Part shown: positions 52,301 to 64,000 of the stretch, piece by piece
Position numbering within the stretch: position 1 is the stretch's first letter
Layout: every line of letters begins with the position of its first letter
From: Raillietiella orientalis
Lineage: Eukaryota
Direction: 5' to 3'
Assembly (NCBI GenBank): GCA_036172245.1
Contig: JAYWIR010000028.1
Span: 1,426,001 to 1,490,000, forward strand
DNA length: 64,000 nucleotides
Translations under genes and position numbers: made by a program
Notes under the pieces: generated by a model
Databases searched by the model: none
Told to the model about the DNA's origin: nothing
Seen by the model: only the letters and a program-made list of their open reading frames with translations

Positions 52301-52877
52301 CCGATCAAAATCCCGAAAGATCATTAAAAAAATAAAACATACACGGTCATTCTACATAGATTAATAGACAGATCTATTGGAATATACATAGTTATTCATA
52401 TTTATTAACGTAGATATTGTTAATGGTAGCGTCATTGGAACACATATGTTTTAAAGTTTGCTGACATGCATTTTCTTAAAAAAATTAATACGTCGCTGAT
52501 TGTGTTGTTGATATATATATATTAAACAGTGAATAAATAAATATATATCGATTACATTTCTATAAGATAATATAAATATACATACACACATATATAAGTA
52601 TGCGCACAAATATATACATTTAATAAGAAGATATATTAATTTTTTATAATTTTCAATATATATATCAACAATATGGCCAACAACTTATTAATTTTATCAA
52701 TAAAATGCATGTCATTGAGTCTCGATAAATATATCTGTTCCAATAATATTACTGTTAATGATATGTACGTTAATAAATATGTAAAACTAATCTATATTAA
52801 ATAAGTTCGTATTTTAATCTATGCAGAATAAGCATATGTGTTTATATTTTATATTCATTGGAGATTTTGATGGTTCG
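52301..52877. mobile_element. AT-rich foldback/MITE-like element (long imperfect palindrome)
   Basis: Arms pair in order: atcaaaatc/gattttgat, attctacatagattaa/ttaatctatgcagaat, catatttattaacgta/tacgttaataaatatg, tgacatgcatttt/aaaatgcatgtca, ttgttgatatatatat/atatatatatcaacaa. Confidence 0.85.
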
Positions 52878-52879
52878 GG

Positions 52880-54320
52880 ATCGTTCGACCCAGACCCGCC
52901 TGAAGGGTGTCTGTCCTCCAGATAAGTCCTTGGCAGCCGACACTAGGCAGGTGTCACCTCGTGACAGCCTGCCTGGTTCACGCGCTGACCTACCACTTGA
53001 AGGTTTGTTAGGCTTTGCTGTGCTGCCGAAAACCTCCCACCTAGTCGGTAGGTGGACCACTGTCGTGAAGCTCCCTTGGGGAGGACAGTGCTGAGGTCAG
53101 GAGTGCAGACCTGGTAGGAAGGAGGAAGACCTGAAGACAAGGATGGAGTGACTGGAATTTGGGGTTTGCAACTGCAACGGATCCCGAAAGCTCTCTCGAG
53201 TGGCGCGTTCAGCTGCTGCTGATACTCGACTTCCATGCAAGAGACTCCACCCCTTCACCAACCCCAGTGACCTTCCCAGATTGCACAGGAACGGGGGATC
53301 TCTGGTCAGAACTCAGGCGTCTCCAGGCAGCGGTCAGTTCTCTCTTTATCTCCATGGCAGCATCCAGGACCGAAATGGCCGTTCGAAGGATACAGGACTT
53401 TCTTTCAAAGACTGTGGGTGGATTTCCAGAGAGAGCCGCTGGGGCGCTCTGAACCTTTGATCCCACAGGAACGCTTTCCCGCCTCTGCTTTGCACTCGAT
53501 CTCCAAGTCGAATTCTCTTTTCCACAGGGCGGAGCTCGCTTTCCAGAACCTGTTACCTGGACGCCTGGAACATTCCGGAAGTTATGAACGAAACTCCATT
53601 GGCAGCGTCTCGATGGTCCGGCTTCTTCCCGGCCGCACCTAGGCTGTGCTTCGTGTAGGCCGGAAGGAGGGAAGAGCGATGAGGCTCTCGACAGCACGTC
53701 TTTCCCCTCGGAGAGGCCTCTGATGGATTTCGGGAACGAAGGGGAGCTCGCAGACTGGCAGATGGTTCTTGGCAGCAGGTTCGCGCGAGAGGGAAGGTTA
53801 GCAGCCCGGTCACATTCGGACATTCTTCGGAAAAAGATGAAAATGATAAAGAATGGCGAACACAGGGAACAAGGCGCGCTTCCTCCTCGAGGAGGTCCAG
53901 CGTCAGAGGCCACGTGGCTGAGGTGGCCTCCGCGCGCGGCAACATGCGCGTCACAGGTTCGGATCCTACCCGGGGACGGATCGACGCAAAGAAGTGGGTG
54001 CGTCATGGGTCCGAGTTCCTCGTGCAAGATGACGCTGGTTGGCCTGTCTTCGGGTGCGGCACTGATGGAAACTGAGAAACCGGATGCCCCCGATGGGTGG
54101 CCGGGATTTTTAAGAGTCGATCCTCTGGGGTCCTCCCAGAAAGCTGAATCAAGGAATCATGTTCTCTTTGGGGTTCTTCTTCGGTTTGCAAAGGAGCCTC
54201 CCCCCCTTCTTTGTGGACTGACTCTCTATCTCGCACCATGGAGCTGGTGGATTGATGATTCCTCTCCAGAGTGCAAAGAAGCGTGCCACTCTCTTTGGGG
54301 AGCGCCCTTCAGAGGAAATT
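52880..54320 (+). mobile_element. Decayed L1/Tx1-like fragment (ORF1 end, APE, RT start) on the plus strand
   Basis: CNCNGSRK (~53167), MQET (LQET-like, ~53235), VGGF (GGDFN-like, ~53415) and IDDSSPECKEACHSLWG (PGxDG..E...W-like, ~54250-54300). Confidence 0.55.
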
Positions 54321-54899
54321 GAGAAGCGTCCCTTCGGGATTCTCTTCAGAGGAGCAACAAGGAGCGGTTCCCTTGCGGGTTTCCTCCAGAGAAGCAATTC
54401 CAATAGCGGATCCTTTCTGGGTTCCCTTCGGAGAGGAAAGAAAGGAGAGGCACCCTCAGGAGAGAATAAGGAAGAGGTTCCTCTCGGAGACAACCAGGGC
54501 GGAGGGGTTCCCTTCGGGGATCCTTCCCAGGCGTGAAAGGAATGGACTCGCTTCGGCGGAGCTCTCCCTGGATTAATAGGGTGGCCCCCTCCCGGAATGT
54601 CCCCTATCTTTAAAGATTACACGCACCCTCGGATGGCGTGGAACAGTGCCAAAGAGCTGCATGATCCGCCAGGCGCGCGACGGTTCCTGAGGTCCTCAGC
54701 GAACCCCAAAAAAGAAAACCCGAAAAGAAAAAAAAAAAGCTGGAAGAAGGTCCAGGGAAAGAAGCGTCCAGGCGCACAACTCCACGAGGTGATAGCGGTC
54801 ACATAAGGAAGGGGGGTGCGGGTGTGGGAGCGGGGGGAGATGAATCATCCAATGGGTAACCCGATCGGAGGAAGGATGCGTAGGTCGATAGAAACAAAA

Positions 54900-57800
54900 C
54901 GTGCATATTTATGGACATTCTATTTATTTACACTAATGAATAAGGTACAAGTGAATGGGCCAATGGAATACATGTATACAATACGTGATGAATACACTCA
55001 AACTGCGGCCATTTCTTAGTGGCTCAGTCTCCTTAATAAAAGATGTCCAATAGATAGCTACACTATGACGACCCGGGAAATGACCGAGACCTGCGATGTG
55101 AGGAAGAATACACGGGACAGGCAGCGGGTTCTCAGAATCTAGTCCGCCCACTGAGCGCTCAGTGAGCTGGGGTTGCCTTCGATGCCTTCCGCCTCTAGGC
55201 GGGGTCCCTTGCTGTCTCGATGCAGCATGGTGGCCTCCATGGACTCTCCCTCTTCGTGGCCCGCCTCAGATGTGCCCGAATGCGGCACCACAGAGGCCTC
55301 GGAGAGCCCCTCGGGGAACAGCAGACGCCTGGAATGACCCGGGAGGTCATCGGATGGGCAGAGTCTTAAAAGCTCAGGGTCGGTTGGAACCGGGTCCTCA
55401 TCCTACCACGATGCTCCATCGATGGGGGGCGTTGTTTGAGCGAGAATCCCCAGCGCTAAGATGCAACGATGGTCCCATCTTGACCAGGAGTTTCGGTGCT
55501 CTCGAGGGCTCACGGGAATCCGGCGGGAACGATGACCGCCGAGGGTACTCAATGGCAAACCATCGGGATTTCCTTCGAATCCTTCGATCCAGAAGCATCC
55601 CTGAGTCTCTATGCTTCTTCTGCTCCTTTCGAGCAAATGAGCTGCGGGCGGATCCTCGAGACGAGAAGATGCCCCGCGCTTCTGCACCACCTGACCGGAC
55701 GCTCCTGCCGAAGCTCCGCGGAGGGCAGATGACTCCGCAGAATGCTCGACCCAAGACTGAGGTCATTCTCTGAGAGAGAGGTCCACCGAGCACGAGAAAG
55801 TTCCTGCTCACTGCCTGCCTTTTCGTTTGCTGGACAGGAAAAGTCACCCCACATCCTTCCGAGCGGGGTAAAACCAGGTCAAGAAGTCGCGTGGAAACGG
55901 GGGGCTACAAAAGACAGGGAGTAGGAGGGAGCTGCGCTTCCGGCGGCTGGATGCTGAGAAAACTCCTTCTGGAGATGAAAATGTAGACGAACCTTAGTCT
56001 CCCGGTGAGCCGAGGGGGGGTCAGGGAAGAATTTGGGTGCCCTCTCCTGAGGAGCCTCTCTCGTAGCTGAAGCGACGGGGGGCGAGGAGGACGCGTCGGT
56101 CAAGCGTTTCTGAGCGTGCCGTGCCACAGGAAGCGCGTGGCGGGGCGAGGTCAAAGGTTCAAACCGTTTTCGGAGGCTCCTGAGGGTCACTTCCCCGGAA
56201 GTCGCGGAAGAAAGGGAAATTCTTGAGAAATCACACAGCTGTTTCCCCCATCGTCGTCCACCTCTTCGTCCTTTCGTGCATTTCTCTTAACATCTTCTTA
56301 CAACTTCCCGGTACTGCTTTCTCTCCTGGAATTCTGCACCTGCTTCTCCGCCACTGGAAGGCTCCTCCAGAAAGGAAAAGGCGGATCGAACCTGCAGGGG
56401 AGAAGCCTCCGCAGCCGCCCTCCTCCCATTTCTACGGGAGCGGAAGCTGTGGTCCAGATCTGCCTCACCCGGAGAGGAAAATGCCGCCGCCGTCGAACCG
56501 CAAAGGGTCGGATATCCCAGAGAAACCGCTTATTGCTCGATCGGGACACCGGACATCCGCTCGGAGGAAAGGCGGAACTCTGTTCCAGATAGGCTCTCGC
56601 GAGAAGGAAGCTTTCTTCCTCCTGGACCCGCTCCCACGGCGGCGGGGAGCAAAGGTTTTCCCTTCCGCTGACTGGAGAGCATGCGGGGGGAGGGAGAGCC
56701 GTTTCCTCTCCCATTGAAACGAGGGGTGAGGAGAGCGTGCCGCGCGCCTAGCGGCGGTTACGCAAACCACAAACCGGAGCGCATTTCCAGGGAAGCATCT
56801 GTGGGTCATCAGCCGAGAGTTGCGGCGAGCGGCGCTCTCTGGTTTAAAAGAGGAAGGGGGTGGGGGGAAGCCAGCTCGTGACATGGGAAAAGCCGACCTG
56901 AGATCGATCAGCCGCTCAAGGCAGCCTTCGGGAGATCCTCCCGAGATGGAGGGAGGAGCAGCGCTCCTCCGCGCCACCGTGGGGAAGTCTGCGATTATGG
57001 CTAGCTGCGGTGAGAGACGGGGGAGAAGAGAGAACCCCCTTTGGGGTGAAGTGGGGATGGAGCAGATTCCACGGGTCAAGTGGTGCCTCGCGCGCTTCGC
57101 GATCGCCTGCATCCCACCCATTCTCGGTGGCTCCCAACTTGCTGATGGCTCCCTTCTCTCCGCAACCTCCGAGACATCTGGGGTGCTTTAGCTAGACACC
57201 CTGGTCACTCCAGTTTGGGCTCTGGTGAAGTTCCTCCTCGTTTCGACTATCAGGCTCCTTGATGCTTCCGGGGGACGCGGTTTTGCATCTCCTTTTCTTC
57301 CTCTCCTCCTTTCCCACTCGGAGTCTCGCTCTCCTGCAGCGGCCTCCCTTATCGATTCGTCGGAAGTGGTGAAAAGAGGCGAAGGGAAATTAGCCGTAGG
57401 GCTGGAGCGCACTGTAGTTCGGAGGAAGGCCGCCGGGAGCGCTGGTATCTTGGCGTCTGTCTTTTCCTCCGAGACCTCTCCACCTCCGACGAATTTCGGG
57501 CTAGGGAACGAATCCTTCTACCTCCTCCCCTCCCGACGGGAGAGGTAGGACCCTAGTTCGAGACACTACAAGACCTTCAGGGAAAAGAAAAAAAAACATT
57601 TGGGAGGGATGGAGGGGGGGGGGGAGGCGGGCTTTTCCGATATTATTCCCACTCGCTTCAGGGAGTTAGAAAGGTGCGCAACGCCCCTGCCCCCCAGTTC
57701 TTTTCTCAGGAGGGAGAGAGCAATCACCCTCCCACGCTCCCCGGGAAAGAGTTTCTCGCGTCGCGCGTGCGCCGGGAATGGTTTTCTCGTCCAGCCGATC

Positions 57801-57900
57801 ATCGAATGTCGAAATGCCGAAGGATGGGGGGAAGGGGATGCTCCCATTTTCCCCGCCATCCTCTCCTTCTGAAGCCATTGTCTTAATTCCTTCTTTCTGG
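54900..57900 (-). mobile_element. Decayed L1/Tx1-like RT and 3' end
   Basis: WNLLHP (~57060), LIDLRSAF (D..KAF-like, ~56886-56912) and HRNSWSRWDHRCIL (zf-RVT lead-in, ~55460-55500), ending in an AT-richer 3' UTR-like stretch at ~54900-55050. Confidence 0.55.
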
Positions 57901-57947
57901 GTTCTCGTTTTTTTTTTTTGACCGAGGTCAGAGGATATCCTTACGAC

Positions 57948-59171
57948 ACCACTCGCTTGGAGCGCTCGGATCGCCAAGATGGAGGCAAGCGAACGAGTCT
58001 CCTCGCCAAAAGAAGCATTGGAGCCTGCGGATGCCACCCCCTTCCGCCCACCCCAGCTAAGACGAGAGATTGGATCTCTCAGAGTGGGATGGCAGAGTCT
58101 CCTGCAGCAGCTGCCGCGCTGCCTGACTGCAGAATGGCGATCCCTGCAGCAATTCCCATCCTTGGCTACGACTCCTCCCTTCCGTCTGTTTCTTCCTGCA
58201 AAGGGGAGTCCTTTGATGTCAGAATGATAAATTCGCTGTACCTCTGGCATCTCCTCGAAGAGTCCTTACATGTGGGCAAGACCCGAGGTCTCCTTGACCT
58301 CTCCTCCCCTCAGGCTTCAGCGCCGTCTGGCATCGTTCCTACTACTCAACTCGCTGTAAGAAGATAGGCTCCATCTCCGGCCAGCCGCGGCGACCCTCAA
58401 GGACCGAACAGAGCGAGAGGGAGAATCGGCGGACCTACCCAGGTGCTGCTGATGTCGCATCGCCATAGCTGCAGAAACAGTCGTGCCACTCCCCTAAATG
58501 TCCCAAGCTACCTCTTCCCCGCTCCCGAGACGAGGACGAAAGGACGTTCCGCAGCTCGGTTAGATCCCCTGCTGGTTCCTTCTCATCTTTGAAGTGCGGC
58601 TTCAGACCAAGGAGGTGCTTCTTCCTCTCAGGTTCCCGCGGCATCATGAATGCCCACCACCCTCAAGAAGCCCTTGCTTCCCCCTTTCGTATCGCTCCCT
58701 AAGAAGGAAGCAAAGTGTCTGAAGGCTCTCGTGGATGCCGGGAATGATCAACCTCTTGAGCTAAGGACCAGGATGGCATGAGGATTCCACCCACAGTGCA
58801 TCTTCTCCTTTGGTCCTCAGCTGATGTCTCTTTCTCGCTACAGTCAGAGGTACCAACTCTTCGAGGATATGCCGCAGGTGAAGCGAAATTGTCATCCTTG
58901 ACATCAAAGGACTCTCCTTTGCAGGAAGAAACAGACGGAAGGGAGGAGTCGTAGCCACGGATGGGAATCGCTGCAGGGATCGCCATTCTGCAGTCAGGCA
59001 GCGCGGCAGCTGCTGCAGGAGACTCTGCCATCCCACTCTGAGAGATCCAATCTCTCGTCTTAGCTGGGGTGGGTGGAAGGGGTGGCATCCGCAGGCTCCA
59101 ATGCTTCTTTTGGCGAGGAGACTCGTTCGCTTGCCTCCATCTTGGCGATCCAAGCGCCCCAAGCGAGTGGT
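57948..59171. repeat. ~315 bp inverted repeat (57948-58263 vs 58856-59171) with ~590 bp spacer, derived from LINE RT sequence
   Basis: Direct reverse-complement comparison; the core 274 bp differs by about 6 substitutions and 1 indel. Confidence 0.95.
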
Positions 59172-61000
59172 ATTGGAAGCAAGTCGGATCGGTCGTCTCT
59201 GCTCTGAGGAAAAAGACGTCCTCCACCCGAGTTCCTGATTGCCGGCTCCTATGCGTTCCGCGAGTCCCTGCTACCCTCGGAGGTGACCCAGGTATTCGCC
59301 ACGGAAACCAAAGAAACTGGCGAGAGAGGCGGCCGAGCGAAACGACACGTCGGTCTTGCTTCCCTTCTTTTTCTTTTCTTTGCAGCTCAGACTTTTTCTT
59401 GATGGCTCTTCCAGGTGAGTCGGTCCGTCTGCTTGGTCCATCCGCCCATCCACCTGAGAGAAGTGGACCCCACCTCACATAAGGCGGTGCAGAACGATCC
59501 GTCGTTCCGGGGCCCATTGCACTGACCTCGCAAGGCAATGAGGGACGTGGGCGTCAAGGTCGCCTCTCCTTCTCCTTCCAGGTGATAGCCGAACCTCCCT
59601 CCTTCGTCCACAAGAGTGCCTCCAGGCAATTCAGCTGGAACAGATGAACGATTTTTTCACGGCGACGGAGAGACGGACATGTGCCTGATCGGAGCGAGAG
59701 GGGTCAAACCTGGCTGAAGACTGCCTTAGGAAGCACGGGAGAGCCTACCGACGAATACATGGATGGAGGAGCCTGGATAAACCGGCCTCACAGTGGCAAC
59801 GCCCATGGTTCCCGGCAGCCTGCGAAGGGAGAGCCAATGAAGAGGAAGAGGTGGACGACGAAAAGGTCTTAAGGGTGCTCCTCCGTCTGCGAGCGCCTTC
59901 AGGCTCTCCTAGCATCGCGCGCTCCGGTCCGGGCCCTTCGCCGCATTTCGCGGGCTCAGAAGTCGCGACCACCTCCCCGGCATGGCAGGCAGCTGCGCGC
60001 CTCACTTCTCCACCCCTCCTTCCGGTCACCACCACCGCTCGCAAGAGGACGGGGAGATCCGAAGAGGAGAACGCTGCCCTCGGCCGGACATGACGGCAGC
60101 ACCGTACGGTGAAGGCTTCCCCTGAAGCGTCGTGAGCACGCGCTGCACGACCGCTGCCGTTGCTCGGAGGGCGTCCCTCGGGGACCCACCCCAAGTACGG
60201 GTGGGGAAGGGGGGCAACGTCGCTCTCCTCGGGCCAGATCCCGGTACGCCTGCAGGGAGGCGGCGGCGCGCGCCGGTGGGAGCGAAGGGGGAGGACGGAG
60301 GTGTCCACCAGCCGCTCTTGCCGCGGTGGATCCGCGGGGGTCCCGCGGTCCGCCTCCGCACGTGTCGAGCGACGTCTTTGGGAGAGTCTTCGTGCGAAGG
60401 TCGCGTTCTCTCCCTTTTGGACGACGAAAGACAGGTCGCCTGGCGCGGCGGCGGGAGGCGACCCGCCGGGTCACCTCCCACCTCTTTGCCCGTGTGCAGG
60501 AGGGAAGGTACGGCGCTTTGAGTGACTTTGATGTGACTCTTAAAAAGCGGGCGAGCGTCGATGACCTCGGAAGTGACCAGGGTGGGTTCAACGCGGAGTC
60601 GGGTGAGTCGCCCGATCGGGCACGAGAGGATGTCCAGCTGCGGTGCGATAGGTAAGGCGACGGCTGAAACCGAAGTATCCTTGCAGGACTTGAAAAAATG
60701 GGTTTCATCGTCCATGGGGAGGGGCAGTAGCATGGATTCGCACGTTGCTGGGGGATCTCGAAAATTGCTCAGGGAAAGGGGGAGTCGGGACGTATTCAAG
60801 GTCCCTTCCTTCTCTCCCCCGTTCTGTCCCTGATGCCTAGTTTGCGCTTACCAGAAAGCGGCTTCTTGCACTGGACCCGGGCCCTCATACAAGTTCTCAT
60901 CAGGAATCGGAAGCGCTTGCTCTTCCTTTCGTTCCAAAAGGCCCGATACCTGCAGGAGGCACTCGCATCTCTAATCTGTTGGATCGCCGCAGGATACGTG
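58400..61000 (-). mobile_element. Decayed L1/Tx1-like element (ORF1, APE, RT N-terminal half)
   Basis: ORF1-like VPSLLH...RQATC (ORF 60026-60799); RT-like WQSLL...LRHILEE (ORF 58761-59162); SYGDAT (YADD-like, ~58452-58470). Confidence 0.55.
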
Positions 61001-62850
61001 ATCGAGGACGTACCCTTGTGTGGAAGATGGCTGCCCTGTCAAGAGCAATCTGCACTGCTGGCTCCGTTCTCTTCCTCTCTTCTCCTTGCGCGCCTTTGAG
61101 ATGGCTGTGTCCTTCCAAGGTGATGGTGAAATGGACCTTTTCTGGGTTTCATCCACGTGTACACGTCGACCAGTGGTGTGTGGTGCGACAACGCCGTTCC
61201 AAGAAGAACGCCGACTAAACGCCGGCTCTGCTCTCGAAACAAGATGCTGCCAAGATGCAAGGTCCTGCATCCCTAAGTGTGCAAGGAACGGATGGGTGTT
61301 TAAGATATGGAAAGGTGACGGACATGGACGGGATTACAAGAGAGGATACTGCTGGGCCGCGAGCTCGGGTCGACCGAACTGTCAATCTGGTCCATGTTCA
61401 CATAGACAGAACCTTCTCATCCCCAAGATCTCGCTGGTTCCTCCTCCCCCCCTTCCACTGGGACGTGCACCGACCACTCGTTGCCCAGCCGAGCTCAACT
61501 CTTCGCTGAGCGCACCTCTTTTTTGCAGGGGAGCTGGGAAGCCGCCCTCCTCCGACCGAACACCAGAAGACAGAAAAGGTTCTGTCCCGGAGGTCACTTT
61601 GGATGTTGGGCTGCAGCAAAGTTAGCGGTCTTTCGGCCTTGTCATCAGGAGAAAATGATGGCGCTGAATTCGACTCTGTTCCACTCACATGGTCCAGAAA
61701 TGAATGATCACTGCGGCTTTCGGTGCCATCAAGAGGCTCTCAGATGGTGATTCCCTTGATCGTTGGTCGAGAGCCACAATCTGCCATCGGTGAAGAATCC
61801 GTGACGCTGCTGCCTTGGGCATCAGGAAGATTCCTGACTGCTTCCTCCCACGAGGTCATCGGACACCTCGAGGTTCGAGAGGTCTCATCCAAACGTGCAC
61901 ACCCTCCTGAACGCGAGATGCATCGCGACTTCGTCTCCTTCCGTGAAACGGTCCCTTTCTTCCGCCTTCCCTCATTCACACCCTGATCACCCCTCTAGGC
62001 GTGATGTCCGCAATAGTGGCCAATCGGATGGACAGGACCAAGCGTCCTGCTTCCTATCCCCTTCTAGAGCGATGGGGCTGCCCCGAATTCCGGGCGGTTT
62101 TCTCTCTCGCAGAGCCCCGCATCGCGGTCTCGCGGGAGCGACGCCAACCAGGGCAACGAGGGGGCCAACCTCCCACGCGCCCTGCAGTGACCTTCATCGG
62201 TCCTCCGACCGCCGGGGATCAGTGGATTCTGCAGGTCTTCGCGCGTCGCCGGAGGAAGCGCCCGCCGCCGTTTTCCTCCCGACCACACCCTCCAACATTC
62301 CTGGGGGTCCTCCTTGCTCCTCCCCATCCGAAGCTCCAGACCACTTGTCCGTTCCTTCCTCCTCCCAAAAGTCGCTCTCTCCGAAGATCCGCGCGCGTTT
62401 CTACCCCAGAAAACAGGCGCGAGGGTCATGAGTCCCCTTTCCTTGGACCCTCACGCACGCGCCCTCATGCGCCCACAATCTCCGGCGCCCCAACAGCCGT
62501 GCGAAGGCGGCACCGAGGAGCGACCCAGGAGCTGCGGCGATCGGAAGCCGCGGATTCCTGCGACGCGTTCTCACGTGTGGGCACATCCGCCACCACTCAT
62601 CACGCGTAACATTCCGCGTGACGTCACGAAAAAGACGCGCTTCGTACAGATCATACGGAGCCGTGTACACATACACACGAGTGAGTGCGGCTGTTAATGT
62701 GCTGCGAGTGAGTTCTCCCACGCGATCACGCGCTCGCACGGTGGTCAGGTATGCTCGCCCCGACCTGCCGCCCTCAGCGCGCGCTGTCGATCGCTGCGTC
62801 CGCACGCGAACGTTGGCGGGACGCCGGTAGCAGGTGCACCCCGAGGTGAG
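61000..62850 (-). mobile_element. Possible decayed LTR-retrotransposon gag/protease fragment
   Basis: VDPSSRPSSIL (D[ST]G-like position, ~61340-61372) followed by VLLGTALSHHTPLVD (resembles protease C-terminal ILGxDFL...ID). Weak evidence. Confidence 0.25.
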
Positions 62851-62899
62851 CGAGCTATTCGTCCCAGAATCACCCACCCTGAATTGGTTGCATCCGGGA

Positions 62900-64000
62900 A
62901 GGGGCGCTGAAGAACCTTTGCAGAGATTCGCCGTTCGCCGAAACTCTCCAGAAGTTTCCGGAAGCCGCGGCGATTCAAGAGCTCCTCCCCCCTCACTCCC
63001 GTGCTGAATGGAAAGGCGTGGAGGAGAGACTCCCCCTCCAAGTTCTCGGATCCCTCCCCCTGCTCATTCCTAAACATCCCTCGCGGAGACCAGGGTCTGG
63101 GAGGATTCGGGGGAAAGAGGAATGCCTGAGAATCCCCTGTCCCCCCCCTGCTCTTCTCTGACTCCGTGATCCCGAATCCTTCACTGGGAGCGTGGCTTTG
63201 GGAGCTCCTGGTTCGATTTCTGGACGGGAAAGCACCGAGCTCTCCCTTCTCAAGGAGAGGCCCGCGTTCGGCACATTCCACGGAGATGGCCGGCGGTGGA
63301 CCCTAAGGAAAGTTGCCCTTCCGGAGATTCGCTCTTCCGGAAGCAAGGGGGGAAAGGTGATGCTGATCCTCCTCCCCTTCCCCATTCCTTTCCTTCCTTC
63401 TTCCTTTTTCCGAGGAGGAGCTCCGAGCGTTGTGTTTCCATTCGTCAGGTGCTTCCCCGACCGCGTCGAGAGTCTCCGCATTCCAGCCCCCCTGAAGAAC
63501 AATTACCATGTGGATATGCAGGTGGTGATCAGCGCGCGGGAGGAGTCTGCATGGATTGCAGTTCGAGGTAATTGGTGTCGTGTATGGATGCCTGCTCTTT
63601 GGTCCGGACGAACCACCGAGATCTCCCTCCGCGCCCCAACTTCCCGCGTGCTCGCCTTGCCGCCTCCCGCACCTGGGGCTCCTCCACCGGGGGCGCGGAG
63701 GAATTTTCATTTTTTTTTTTTTCCTTCTTTCCTTTCCCCGAGATGCGGGCGCTCTCCCGCGCGAGCAGGTGCGGCACGCGCCGGGCCGGATTCGCCTGAT
63801 GAGCGGACGGGAGAGGGACTTTCCCTCCTCCAGGAAGATTTCCCCCCCTCCTCCCCTTCGAGGTCGGGTGCTGCGGGAGGCGCGGAGGAGGCTGGGGAAA
63901 GGGAGCGGGAGACCTTCCTCTCGAGGAAGCATCCTGGCACGAGTGCAGCGGCGGCGGGGTTTCCCTTCCGGGACGGCCGGAGCGTTCCAGGAAGCGGGCG
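62900..64000 (-). mobile_element. Decayed L1/Tx1-like ORF1 end and APE start, running off the window
   Basis: ITSNCNPCR...MVIVLQG in ORF 63303-63932 resembles the APE N-terminal xxxNxNGxR...IxLQE motifs. Confidence 0.4.

Noticed and set aside
54300..54530. CRISPR-like array
   Set aside because: Repeats are short, degenerate and irregularly spaced; eukaryotic context and no cas genes.
46400..64000. The many overlapping 100-330 aa ORFs as real genes or bacterial contamination
   Set aside because: They are Arg/Pro/Gly/Ser-rich products of high GC with no coherent domains; the only recognisable motifs are frameshifted retroelement remnants.

Overview
Invertebrate animal nuclear DNA, probably an arthropod (inferred from gene content and NUMT gene order), with many short (~38-60 nt) GT-AG introns. 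Host genes recognised: the 3' part of a raw-like gene (+, 2.0-3.6 kb), mitochondrial RNA polymerase POLRMT (-, 17.4 to ~26.4 kb), a catalytically dead neprilysin/M13 homologue (+, 30.9-37.1 kb), a CCDC50-like gene (-, 38.7-40.0 kb) and tRNA-Gly(GCC) at 46.2 kb. Two junk-rich zones flank the gene block. The first (6.6-16.8 kb) holds decayed L1/Tx1-like LINE pieces, a ~4.3 kb ancient NUMT (cytb, nad6, nad4L, nad4, nad5, the last split by an insertion) and a decayed coding-like segment with a tentative by-eye resemblance to orthomyxovirus nucleoprotein. The second (46.4-64 kb) starts right after the tRNA and is an abruptly GC-rich nest of decayed L1/Tx1-like copies, containing a ~575 bp AT-rich foldback element and a near-identical ~315 bp inverted repeat. 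All homology calls come from motifs recognised by eye; no searches were run, and many boundaries are approximate.
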